Assembly (NCBI GenBank): GCA_043228905.1
Contig: JBHGNT010000009.1
Coordinates: 18,848,001-18,912,000, forward strand
Direction: 5' to 3'
DNA length: 64,000 nucleotides
From: Azolla caroliniana
Taxonomy: Eukaryota > Plantae > Polypodiophyta
Made by a program: the position numbers and the translations under genes. Below, in pieces: positions 48,801-59,779 of the stretch. The stretch's first letter is position 1. Each line of letters opens with the position of its first letter. The notes under the pieces are model-generated. The model ran no database searches. It was not told where the DNA came from and saw only the letters and a list, made by a program, of their open reading frames with translations.

Positions 48801-49934
48801 TTGAAGAAGAGCCTTTACGGACTGAAGCAGGCTCCCCGGCAATGGTACCGGAAGTTCGACTCTTTCATGACCGACGAAGGGTACCACAAAACACAGTCCG
48901 ATCACTGCGTGTTTGTGAAGAAGTTCGAAGGAGGAGACTCTCTAATACTCCTCCTGTACGTGGACGACATGTTGATCGTCGGACGGGACCAGGTCAAGAT
49001 ACGGATGCTGAAGAAAGCGCTTCACCGAACCTTCTCAATGAAGGACCTGGGTCCGGCGAGGCAAATACTAGGGATGCACATCATCCGGGACCGGAAGAAG
49101 AAGCAGTTGTGGCTGTCACAGGAGAAGTACGTGACAAAGGTGCTCCACCGGTTCAACATGTCGGAAGCAAGACCGGTCGGGTCAACCCTCCCGGCAAACT
49201 GGAAGTTGTCCAGCAAGCAAAGCCCCAAGACAAAGGCTGAGAAGGAGGACATGATGAAAGTACCATATGCCTCTACCGTCGGAAGCTTGATGTACGCAAT
49301 GGTGTGTACAAGACCGGACATAGGATATGCAGTCGGAGTGGTAAGCCGGTACATGAGCAATCCCGGCAAAGAGCACTGGAACGCGGCCAAGTGGATACTC
49401 CGATACCTGAAGGGCACGGCAAACGTGTGCCTCCGATTCGGCTCCGGTAAGCCCGAACTCGACGGCTTTACCGATTCGGATATGTCGGCTGATGCAGATA
49501 CCAGCCGGTCCACATCAGGGTATGTGATGACGTATGCAGGGGGAGCTGTTTCGTGGCAGTCGAGGCTGCAGAAGACGGTTGCGTTGTCAACCACGGAGGC
49601 GGAGTACATGGCGGCTGTTGAAGCCAGCAAGGAAATAATATGGATGAAGGACCTCATTAGAGAGCTCGGTATCCGGCAGGAGGAGTACCGACTCTACTGC
49701 GACAGTCAGAGTGCCATCCACCTTGCGAAGAATGCGGCCTATCACTCCCGGACGAAGCACATTCAGCGAAGATATCACTGGATCCGGGAAAGGATAGAAG
49801 ACCAGGAGTTCGTGCTGACGAAGATCCACACGGACGAGAACGGGTCAGATATGCTGACCAAAGTGCTCACACCCGACAAGCTGGAAGCGTGCCGAAAGAG
49901 GGTCGGACTGGAAAGACATCCCATGCCGAAGTGA
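45861..49934 (+). CDS. intact copia gag-pol polyprotein (1357 aa)
   Basis: Uninterrupted ORF: CFHCGKPGH, WVVDSGAS, WHKRLCH..CTDC, FIDD..DNGGEY..AERMNRT, QMDVKTAF, LYVDD, FTDSD, RTKHI. Confidence 0.96.
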   Translation: MEGGISGQPGMMVLNAQNYADWKIKMEDLLIVRDLYEPIDRSEIPKGVLETEWRLLNRKAVATIRQYVDVSVLQHVANDTNAYEMWQKLSGLYERKNALNRTSLMRKIVNLKYRDGESMVEHVSTFMGFVNQLAAIKFPLEDAMQAIMLMCTLPESWENLVVTLSTSCTEDNLSLQTVKTSILNEEARRRDKEPASDPKMLLTESDRGRQRNRSPQRREKSGTRSQSRGRPACFHCGKPGHFRKNCRHYRKDNGADDTDSKKSSERNGAYRGATDRNGSDRRGQDRKGTTALAASEEEIMLITEEGELNIAGDETTWVVDSGASFHLTPERRYFSSYTAGEHGCVRMGNEGTCRIAGIGDVWLTTSTGCKMLLKDVRHVPEVRLNLISAGRLDDEGYTGSIRNCVMKFSKGSLIVARARKVNTLYLMNAWLCPEELNVAPDTAGELWHKRLCHMSEKGMKRLAEDNLILVKHVHMEKCTDCLAGKQNRTSFHSRPPTRRSAPLELVHTDVCQVETKSHGGAQYFVTFIDDHSRKLWTAPLKTKDQVLCVFKELHARVERESGKKLKAIRADNGGEYRGQFEEYCRSKGIRLEFTVPKTPELNGLAERMNRTIMERVRSMLAHAKLPKGFWAEAMSTATYVINRSPSVPLDGDTPQRVWTGREVSYRHLKVFGCLAYVHVAKDRRGKLDPKTRPCIFLGYGDDEFGYRVWDPVDKKLFRSRDIIFMEDKTLADWESEKKMKSSKSTGKDQLYEEQSRPARDRLALEDPAEDGEETEPAEEDETDTGTGPDPEMDSDEEETEEPVTEAPERRYPLRERRAPRRFPEPEHVLLTNEGEPESFEEAKLDTHSRRWLSAMQEEMDSLHENHTYELVELPKGKRALRNKWVFKLKPGDAGNPPRYKARIVVKGFQQKKGVDFDEIFAPVVKMTSIRTVLSIAASMDLEVEQMDVKTAFLHGDLEEEIYMQQPEGFEKKGKEHLVCRLKKSLYGLKQAPRQWYRKFDSFMTDEGYHKTQSDHCVFVKKFEGGDSLILLLYVDDMLIVGRDQVKIRMLKKALHRTFSMKDLGPARQILGMHIIRDRKKKQLWLSQEKYVTKVLHRFNMSEARPVGSTLPANWKLSSKQSPKTKAEKEDMMKVPYASTVGSLMYAMVCTRPDIGYAVGVVSRYMSNPGKEHWNAAKWILRYLKGTANVCLRFGSGKPELDGFTDSDMSADADTSRSTSGYVMTYAGGAVSWQSRLQKTVALSTTEAEYMAAVEASKEIIWMKDLIRELGIRQEEYRLYCDSQSAIHLAKNAAYHSRTKHIQRRYHWIRERIEDQEFVLTKIHTDENGSDMLTKVLTPDKLEACRKRVGLERHPMPK

Positions 49935-49944
49935 AGGGGGAGTT

Positions 49945-50550
49945 TGTTGGGATTACGGTCCCTCCGGATGTGATGGTCGGATGCCCGGGAATCGGGAATG
50001 AAGACCCGAATGAGGAGTACCCGGTATCGGAGCCGGATGATGAAGACCCCGGCTACGGAGCCGGATGACGAATGTACCCGGAGAGAGATCCGGATGCGGG
50101 GACATATTTGTGAATATGTTTGCCAAGGGCCCTTGAGGCTATATTTGTAAATAGCCCGAAAGTCATATGTGTATAAATATGACTTAGGGCAAACAGTTTT
50201 GTTGTTGCTCATTTTTCTGTTTTCCACTTAGAGGGAGCGAAGTGAGAGCAGCCGAGTGAGAGAGAGAGAGAGAGAGAAAGGAAGAGGTCGACGCCTCTAT
50301 GTAATACCGCCGCCTGTGGCGAGGACAGCGAGCTCAAGGTCGTCGCCTTGCAGCTCGCCATTGTACATTCCCTGCGTATAGTGATAGTTGGAGTCTTGCA
50401 CTCCCGTGGTTTTTCCCGTCTAGGGTTTTCCACGCTAAACCCTGTGCATTTGAGTCTCTCTCTCTGTGTTTTCGATTTACTGCTGCATTGACTCGTGTTT
50501 CCTCGGTTGTGGCCGAGAGGGGAAGGTTTCGAAAGCGTCAATCCCTAACA
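49945..50550 (+). repeat. 3' LTR
   Basis: Direct repeat with one extra ~27-bp U3 unit and a different U5 tip. Confidence 0.93.
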
Positions 50551-52338
50551 GTATGTAGTATGTACAATTGTTATTTATTGTATCTTTTTCATTTCTTTGA
50601 ATCATTGTTATCATCGATGTTATGCATATTTCCAATAATTGATTTCTATAATATTCATATTTATGTTAATGCAGATATAAAGAGGTTTTGGAATGCTTTG
50701 ATTGTCGTTGGTCATGGTTCAAAAAGCCAATTCATATTGTTGCACATATTTTGCATCCTTTATGGAAGCCCAAAGATCAACCAATAGTTATGAATGCAGA
50801 GATGACAGATGGATGGCTTGGGTATATTCAAAAGGTATATTCTATAGATGAATGTGAAATCTTACAAGATCAATTTGACATGTATAGAAATGGTGTGGGT
50901 CGATTTAGCAATGAACTATCAAAATCACACATTGCAAAATGCAAACCTGTCTCATGGTGGGAAAGATATGGGGACAATGTGCCCTTACTACAATCATTAG
51001 CTTGTCGAGTATTGTCACAGGTATTATAGTTTTTTTTTAAAAATTGTGTCAATGTTATTAATCTTCTACAATGACATATATTCATGTTGTTTGTTGAATA
51101 CTTTGTGTCATAGGATTGCTCTTCTGGAGCTGCTGAAAGAAATTGGAATGCACATGCGTTGGCACATACAAAAAGGAGGAATCATTTGAAGGTGAAACAA
51201 GTGGAGAGATTAGTATATGTTAGAGAAAACTTAAGGCTTGTTCGGAGCTTTCAAACTCATGTTGGTCTTCCAATGCAAGTCTACATCTTTCTTATTCATA
51301 TTTGACATTTGACTTTTAGAGTCTAGACAAGTCATTTATAGGTTAATTAACGAGCCTTGTGAATTGGTTATGGTTTTAAAATTATCAATCATGATCATGA
51401 TACTATGATATTATTTGATTTAGATTAATCCAAATGAGATAGACATTGACAAGACTCCTAAAATGCCTCCATCAACAACAGATATTGACACTCAAGTCGC
51501 ACAAACATATTTTGAGGAAGCCGAGGCTATGCATATTGGTCGGGTTACTCGGAGTAGATCTAAGTTTGCCACTATGATAGTGGATGAAGGACTGGTAGGT
51601 TCAAGTTCTAGCACTATTAGAGGAGGTCGTGTTCATAGTCGTGCTTGTGTGAGAGTTTCAAGTTCAAGAAGGGTACTTACTCGACAAGCTACAAATATTC
51701 CTTGCAATGCTGAATATGGTAATGATGATGGAGAACAAGAGGATGAAGACATTGACAATGACACAATTGATTCATTTTTTGATAGTGATTATGTGGACAA
51801 CTATGATGATACAACTGAATCCTCGAATGATGATGTAGAAGAGGAAATATAATTGAAAATAGAATGAAGATCATTTATTATTGGTTTTTACATATTCATT
51901 TGAATTAGAGAACCAATAACTATGAGTATGAAGAAATTCTAAGTTCTAAATTAGTAAATTCTCATAGTATTTTGATCACTCTATTCATTTTCCACGATTT
52001 GAGTGTTGAAATGATATGTGTTTTCATTTTGATTCGAATTTCAAACTTCAATTGTGTTCACCACTTTCATTTTAATTTATAAAATATGTATATCATGTGT
52101 ATTGAAACATAGATAACCATGTGGTATCCATGGAGAATAAAGATAATTGGTATTTACTCTATAGTACTCAAATTTCAAGTATCTTTGTATTCAAGGTATT
52201 CAACATATTTAACGTATTCAACGTATTTTACCTTTAAAATACGTATTCTAAGAACTTATATATATTTTTTAGAATACTTATAAAATACGTAGCATACGTA
52301 TTGTACGCGTACGGTATGCTATGTATGTTACAACCATG
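50551..52338 (+). mobile_element. hAT DNA transposon, 3' half
   Basis: Transposase exons, ACGTAT-rich subterminal region, candidate end ..CAACCATG. Confidence 0.75.
50675..51852 (+). pseudogene. hAT transposase C-terminus (dimerisation domain); exons ~50675-51020, 51114-51278, 51424-51852
   Basis: PIHIVAHILHP, PVSWWERYG..LQSLACRVLSQ|DCSSGAAERNW..HTKRRNHL..LVYVRENLRL. Confidence 0.9.
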
Positions 52339-53908
52339 CTCGTCGCTCTGCCATCGCTCAGATTTTCTCTTGCTTTTTCCAATTAGATGAACCTTTGGAG
52401 GATGATCCTCCAATTCGGTTGGATTTGGAGGATGGTTTCGTAAGAGAAATAAGATGATTCCATAGAAAGTTATGTTTATCGATATTTGTGGCAACAAATA
52501 CACCAAATCAAACCAAAACTGAAGCTTGGAACAACATGAAGAATAGAAGAATAGTAGCGTTGACCAATGGAAACGTCATGGTGTATATGCAGAAATGTCA
52601 TATTTCTTTAGCATCATATGGGTTTATGTAGGTATTATTAATTTGTAGCTCAAGCTAAGGTAAAGGCAAATTAAATTTAGAATCTGTTGTTGTTGAGCCT
52701 TCATCTGGTATGGACAATACAGAGAAAGAAGGGCAAAATGTCATCATTGTGAAAAGCTCAGCCATTGCATTAGTGGCCACAAAAAACTGAGAATCACTCG
52801 GGAAAAATCCAGGGAGAAAGAGTGAAGCATGGTTGTCTCGGTATCGATTTTCTGCCAATGTTTTTTTGCAGATTTTGTGCTGAGATGATTTTACATTCTT
52901 GGTATGTAGTTATGATTAAAAATCAAATTCATGGATGCAATGCACATGAAAATGCAAGCAGTTTTTGGTACTTTGATAGTGGAACATCAAACAAACCATA
53001 TATTACAGATAATAAGAGGTTTACTCCATACATCCCCAAATGCTCCTCTATACAGTGAGTTTTGATGATTATAATAAATGCATTGCCGGATCTGTGAGAG
53101 GACCATTACTCTGTATAAAGCTTATTATGGTAAGAATCCTTCTGTGAATCATCTTTGAGTTTCTGTATATACCTCCATTTGAGCATACATTTGAGCATCA
53201 TTTGACAGGTTTCTGTATATATTACCAAATGTATGCTCAAACGACTCATACCTCCAATAGTTTCTGTAGATGTTTCACATCATCTAATTCAACCCCAAAA
53301 CAATGGTTTAAAGAATCTTGCAAATCAACCCATAATTTCTAAGACAGTTATTGTTAAGGGAAGAAGAGAAAAATATTTGCGAAACTAGAACCATGCCAAA
53401 ATGTGTTTTGAAGAACTCATAGGACAAAACAAGAGTATGTACATGTCATGTTGTTTTGTATTGTGATTTGCATGATGGAATTTAAGTCAATCAAGTGGTT
53501 TTGTGATACCTAATCAAGAAGGAAAGGTATGTAAACTGCATAAAACGCTCAATGTTCTCAAGCAAGCTTCGAGAGCTTAGTGTACGGAAGATACATGCTT
53601 ACTTGATTGATGATTTGTAATTTCCTAGCGGAAAGTACTTTATTTGTTCAAGAATTTGTGGATATTTATCATCGTCATAGTTCTTTACGTCAATGACATG
53701 CTTGAGATTGGGAATATTGATATGAAACTTCAGATTCTCAGATTTTGGCTTGTTGCGTCACAATTTGGACATTCAATGCTTGCAAATTGAAGAAGAGATG
53801 TATATTCTTCAATCAAGGCATTTGGCGAAGATCATGAAGCAATTTGATATGGAAAATCACAAACCATCGTCTATTCCAGTAGAAACTAGTCTCAAATGAT
53901 GTGCATAA

Positions 53909-54178
53909 TGACGGGACCTCAAGGCTCCTTATGCGCAACGCTCGGCCACAACCGAGCTTAGAATGATACACAGAAAACAGGAAATAAAACGCGACACAAA
54001 GAAGAGAGGAGGTACACAAACTAGGGGGAAAAACCCCAAACTAGGGGGAAAAACCATGGCAGCCCACAGGCTGCAAACTATCACTATGATGGAATGTACA
54101 AACAATGAGTTCACTGAGGCACCGACCTCGTGCTCACAGATCTTCGCCACAGGCGGCGGTTACAACAGAGGCAACGAC

Positions 54179-54251
<73 letters not shown>

Positions 54252-57200
54252 CAGTTACGCACTCTTTATTCTTGCACCAACAAGAAACGACAACAACTAC
54301 AAAAAAGTTTGCCCTAAGTCATATTTATACTAATATGACTTTTCGGCTATTTACAAATATAGCCTCGATGGGCTCTCAGAAACATATTTACGAATATGTC
54401 TCTTCCTCCGGTTCTCACCGGGTCTGCGTCATCCGGCTCTCCGTAGCCAGGTGCTCCTTATCCGGTTCTCACCGGGTCTGCACCATCCGGCTCTCCGTAG
54501 TCGAGTGCTCCTCATCTGGTTCACACCGGGTCTGCAACATCCGGCTCTCTGTAGCCGGGTACTCCTCTTCCGGTTTCGGCCTCGGCCTATCGGCCTCGGT
54601 CGAATCGTTCGTCGGCACTGTTCTTCTCCCTTCCCATCCGGAGGGACCTGTCTCCCAACAAACTCCCCCTTCACTCCGGCATGGGGTGTCTTATCAGTCT
54701 GATCCGCTTCCGGCATGCATCCAGCTTGTCGGGTATCAGAACTTTGGTCAGCATATCTGACCCGTTCTCGGCCGTGTGGATCTTCGTCAGCGCGAACTCC
54801 TGGTCATCTACTCTTTCCCGGATCCAGTGATATCTCCGCTGGATATGCTTCGTCCGAGAATGGTAGGCCGCATTCTTAGCGAGGTGGATGGCACTTTGAC
54901 TGTCGCAATAGAGTCGGTATTCCTCTTGCCGGATACCGAGCTCTCCGATGAAGTCCTTAATCCATAATATTTCTTTGCCGGCTTCCACAGCCGCCATGTA
55001 CTCCGCCTCTATAGTTGACAATGCAACCGTCTTCTGCAGCCTCGACTACCACGAAACAGCTCCCCCTGCATATGTCATTACATACCCGGATGTAGACCGG
55101 CTGGTATCCACATCAGCCGACATGCCTGAATCGGTGAAACCGTCCAGTTGAGGTTTTCCGGAGCCGAATCGGAGACACATGTTTGTAGTGCCCTTCAAAT
55201 ACCGAAGTATCCATTTGACCACGTTCCAGTGCTCCTTGCCGGGATTGCTCACGAACCGGCTCACCACTCCGACTGCGTATCCTATATCCAGTCGGGTACA
55301 CAGCATTGCGTACATCAAGCTCCCGACAGCAGAGGCATATGGAATCTTCATCATATTCGCCTTCTCTGCTTTCGTCTTCGGGCTTTGCTTACCGGATAGC
55401 TTGCAGTTTGCTGGAAGTGTCGATCCGACCGGTTTCGCTCCTGACATGTTGAACCGGTGAAGCACCTTTGTCACGTACTTCTCCTGTGACAGCCATAATT
55501 CCTTCTTTGACCGGTCCCGAATGATGTGCATCCCCAGCATCTGTCTTGCCGGACCCAAGTCTTTCATTGAGAAGGTCCGGTTGAGAGCCTTCTTCAGCAT
55601 ACGTATTTTGACTTGGTCACGTCCGACGATCAACATGTCGTCCACGTACAGAAGGAGTATCAGGAAGTCGCCTCCTTCGAACTTCTTCACAAACACGCAG
55701 TGATCGGCCTGCGTCTTGTGGTACCCTTGATCGGTCATGAAGGAATCGAACTTCCGGTACCATTGTCAGGGAGCCTGCTTTAGTCCGTACAGGCTCTTCT
55801 TCAGCCAGCATACCAGGTGCTCCTTCCCTTTCTCCACAAATCCTTCCGGTTGCTGCATGTAGATCTCCTCTTCGAGGTCGCCGTGAAGGAATGCCGTCTT
55901 CACGTCCAACTGCTCTACCTCAAGGTCCATGCTTGCCGCTATACTCAGCACCGTCCGGATGGAGGTCATCTTTACTACCGGGGCAAATATCTCGTCGAAG
56001 TCCACGCCCTTCTTCTGCTGGAACCCCTTCACCACGATCCTGGCTTTGTATCTCGGGGGGTTGCCGAAATCTCCCGGTTTCAACTTGTACACCCACTTGT
56101 TTCGGAGTGCCCGTTTACCTTTTGGCAGCTCCACCAATTCGTACGTATGGTTCTCATGCAGGGAATCCATCTCATCCTGCATGGCACATAACCATTTTCG
56201 GCTGTGGGTGTCTTCCTTCGCTTCTTTGAAGCTTTCCGGCTCCCCCTCATCGGTCAGCAGAACATGCTCTGCATCCGGAAATCTCCGGGGGGCCCTTCTC
56301 TCTCTGAGGGGATATCTCCGTCTTTGGGCTTCAGTAGCCGGCTCCTCCATTTGCTCTTCATCCGAATCCAATTCGGGGTCTAGGCCGGTTCCGGTCTCAG
56401 CTTCATCTACTTCTTCTTCTGCCGGTTTGGTATCCTCACCGTATCCGGCTGGTTCTTCGAGTGCTAACCGGTCTCTCGCCGGTTGGGTCTGCTCATCGTA
56501 GAGTCGATCCTTACCGGTCGACTCGGAGTTCATTATCTTCTTCTCCGTCTCCCAGTCGGCGAGCATCTTGTCCTCCATGAAGATAATATCTCGACTCCGG
56601 AATACCTTCTTGTCGACCGGGTCCCACACTCGGTAGCCGAACTCATCGTCATCGTAACCGAGGAATATGCATGGCCGGGTCTTTGGATCTAACTTTCCTC
56701 TCCGGTCCTTAGCTACATGCACGTACGCGAGACACCCGAACACCTTCAGATGCCGGTAGGATACTTCGTTACCTGTCCACACTCTCTGCGGCGTGTCTCC
56801 GTCCAAGGGTACTGAGGGTGATCTATTTATCACGTATGTCGCCGTCGACAGTGCCTCAGCCCAAAACTTCTTGGGTAGTTTTGTATGCGCTAGCATACTC
56901 CGGACCCTCTCCATTATGGTCTGGTTCATCCTCTCGGCCAGTCCGTTTAGTTCCGGTGTCTTCGGCACGGTAAATTCGAGCCGAATTCCCTTCGAGCGGC
57001 AGTACTCCTCAAACTGCCCCCGGTACTCTCCTCCGTTATCTGCTCGAACTGCCTTCAACTTCCGGCCGGTTTCTCTTTCCACTCTCGCGTGGAGCTCTTT
57101 GAAGACGGATAACACCTAATCCTTCGTCTTCAACGGTGTGGCCCACAGCTTCCTGCTATGGTCATCTATGAACGTCACGAAGTACTGCGCTCCGGCATGT

Positions 57201-59416
57201 GACTTCGTGTCTACTTGACACACATCCATATGCACCAACTCTAGTGGTGCATTCCGTCTCATCGGTGGCCTTGGTCGGAAGGAGGTTTGGTTCTGCTTAC
57301 CGGCCAGACAATCAGTGCACTTCTCTAAGTGCACGTTCTTCACTGGATTGAGGTTGTCTTCTGCAAGCCTCCTCATCCCCTTCTCGCTCATATGACACAA
57401 CCTCTTGTGCCACAGCTCACCGGCAGTGTCGAAAACCACGTTCACTTCTTCAGGGCATAACCGGGCATTCATCAGGTACAATGTGTTTACCTTCCGGGCC
57501 CGAGCCACAATCAGGCTCCCTTTGCTGAACTTCATGACACCGTTCCGGATGCTACCCGTGTAGCCTTCATCATCTAGCCGACCGGCTGATATCAGGTTCA
57601 AACGAACCTCCGGAACGTGTCGGACATCCTTCAACAACAACTTGCATCCGGTTGGTGTTGAGAGCCACACATCTCCTATGCCGACAATTCCGCATGTACC
57701 TTCATTCCCCATCCGGACACAGCCGTGGTCACCGGCTGAGTAGGAGGAGAAGCATTTCCGGTCCAGGGTAAGGTGGAATGATGCTCCGGAGTCTACCACC
57801 CAGGTCATCTCGTCGCCGGCAGGTTTATCTCACTCTCCTCGGTGATGAGCATCAACTCTTCTTCACTTGCCGCGATTGCCGTCGTTCCCTTCCGGTCCGT
57901 CCCCTTCCAGTCTTTACCGTTCCGGTCCGGGGTCCGTTTCGAATCGGTACCATTGGTTTCCTTGTCTTTACGGAAATGCCGACAGTTCTTCTGGAAGTGT
58001 CCCGGCTTGCCACAATAGAAGCAAGTGGGCCTCCCCCTTGACTTTGACCGTGTCCCCGACTTCCCCCGGTTCTGGGGACTACGGTTTCTATGTCTTCCGC
58101 GTTCCGATTCGGTAAGGAGTGCTTTGGAGTCGGAGCTCGTATCCTTATCTTTCCGACGCGCCTCCTCATCTAGCAAGCTCGACTTCACTCTTGCTAGGGA
58201 TAGCCGTTTTCCTTCCGGCCCGGCGTTGCCCAAAGTGACAACCAACATCTCCCAACTATCCGGGAGGGAACCGAGCAGGAGTAGCACCAGTACCTCATCG
58301 GCGAGAGGTACTTCCAATGAAGTTGCCTAGTGGATCAGCCCCTGGAAGGCATTCATGTGCTCCGCCATGCTAGAGCCATCTTGGTACCGGAGTCTTACTA
58401 GCTTCCGGAATACCGACACCTGATTGACCGCATTTTTGTTTTGAAACATTATGTCGATCTTCTCCTAGAGCTCATGAGCCTTGCTCTCTTCATTGAAGTT
58501 GTTGTACAGGCTCATGTCGATGAAGCACCGTATATACGCCGTCGTCTTCATGTGCATCACCTCCCATATCGCGGCGTCGATTTTGTCCGGTCTCTTGTCC
58601 CCGAACTGAACCGGCAACCAGAGGTCTTTAACCACGAGCATGTCCCTCATCTTCGACTTCCACACTGAATAGTTGGAGCCGGTGAGCTTGAACATGCCGC
58701 CAAACGATTCGTCCATTTTCTGTGTTGTTTTGCTCTAATACCAATTGACGAGAACTCAAGGCTCCTTATGCGCAACGCTCGGCCACAACCGAGCTTAGAA
58801 TGATACACAGAAAACAGGAAATAAAACGCGACACAAAGAAGAGAGGAGGTACACAGGAGGTTTACGTGGAAAACCCCAAACTAGGGGGAAAAACCACGGC
58901 AGCCCACAGGCTGCAAACTATCACTATGATGGAATGTACAAACAATGAGTTCACTGAGGCACCAACCTCGTGCTCACAGATCTTCGCCACAGGCGGCGGT
59001 TACAACAGAGGCAACGACCTCTTTCTCTCTCTCTCTCTCTGTACAATTACGCACACTCTCTATTCTTGCACCAACAAGAAACGACAACAACTACAAAAAA
59101 GTTTGCCCTAACTCATATTTATACTAATATGACTTTTCGGCTATTTACAAATATAGCTTCGATAGGCTCTCAGAAACATATTTACGAATATGTCTCTTCC
59201 TCTGGTTCTCACCGGGTCTACGTCATCTGGCTCTCCGTAGTCGGGTGCTCCTCATCCGGTTCTCACCAGGTCTGCACCATCCGGCTCTCCGTAGCCGGGT
59301 GCTCCTCATTCGGTTCACACCGGGTCTGCAACATCCGGCTCTCCATAGCCGGGTCTGCAATCGTTCGTCGGCACTGTTCTTCTCCCTTCCCATCCGGAGG
59401 GACCTGTCTCCCAACA
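53909..59416 (-). mobile_element. full-length Tork-like copia element, TSD CATAA
   Basis: LTRs 53909-54660 and 58746-59416; CATAA at 53904-53908 and 59417-59421; PBS 58732-58743. Confidence 0.95.
54671..58716 (-). pseudogene. copia gag-pol with several nonsense mutations
   Basis: Collinear ORF pieces with CFYCGKPGH, WVVDSGAS, DNGGEY, QLDVKTAF, LYVDD, RTKHI. Confidence 0.93.
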
Positions 59417-59779
59417 CATAACACGAGAACATATGTGTAGAACCCATTGCTCAATGTGATGCAATAGTTGGATGTTTTATTTATTTTAGCTTCTAAGTTC
59501 TAACATGCAATATGCAGTTTCCTAGGCAAGCAAAGCATTGACAAACTGTTAAAAATGGAATCTTAGGATACCACAAGGGTACAGAAAATTTTGCCTTGTT
59601 CTATCCCCTAGGGGGAGTTAATGGAAGGTCATTGGATAATCATTTGCAGCTTTTTGGGTGTATCTATTCAAATTGGGCTAGAGATAACGATTTAGGGCAA
59701 TCAACAATTAGTAATTGTTTCTTTCTAGGAAATTCATGTATTTCATGGTTGTTAAGTAAAAGGAAACCCAATGGGGCTA

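Larger units (their letters stand above)
45248..50550 (+). mobile_element. full-length Tnt1/Tork-like copia element, no TSD
   Basis: LTRs 45248-45829 and 49945-50550; PBS 45833-45844; PPT GAAGGGGGAG; flanks TTCTA vs GTATG. Confidence 0.95.

Noticed and set aside
51463-51852. Stand-alone acidic host protein
   Set aside because: Best read as the last exon of the hAT transposase
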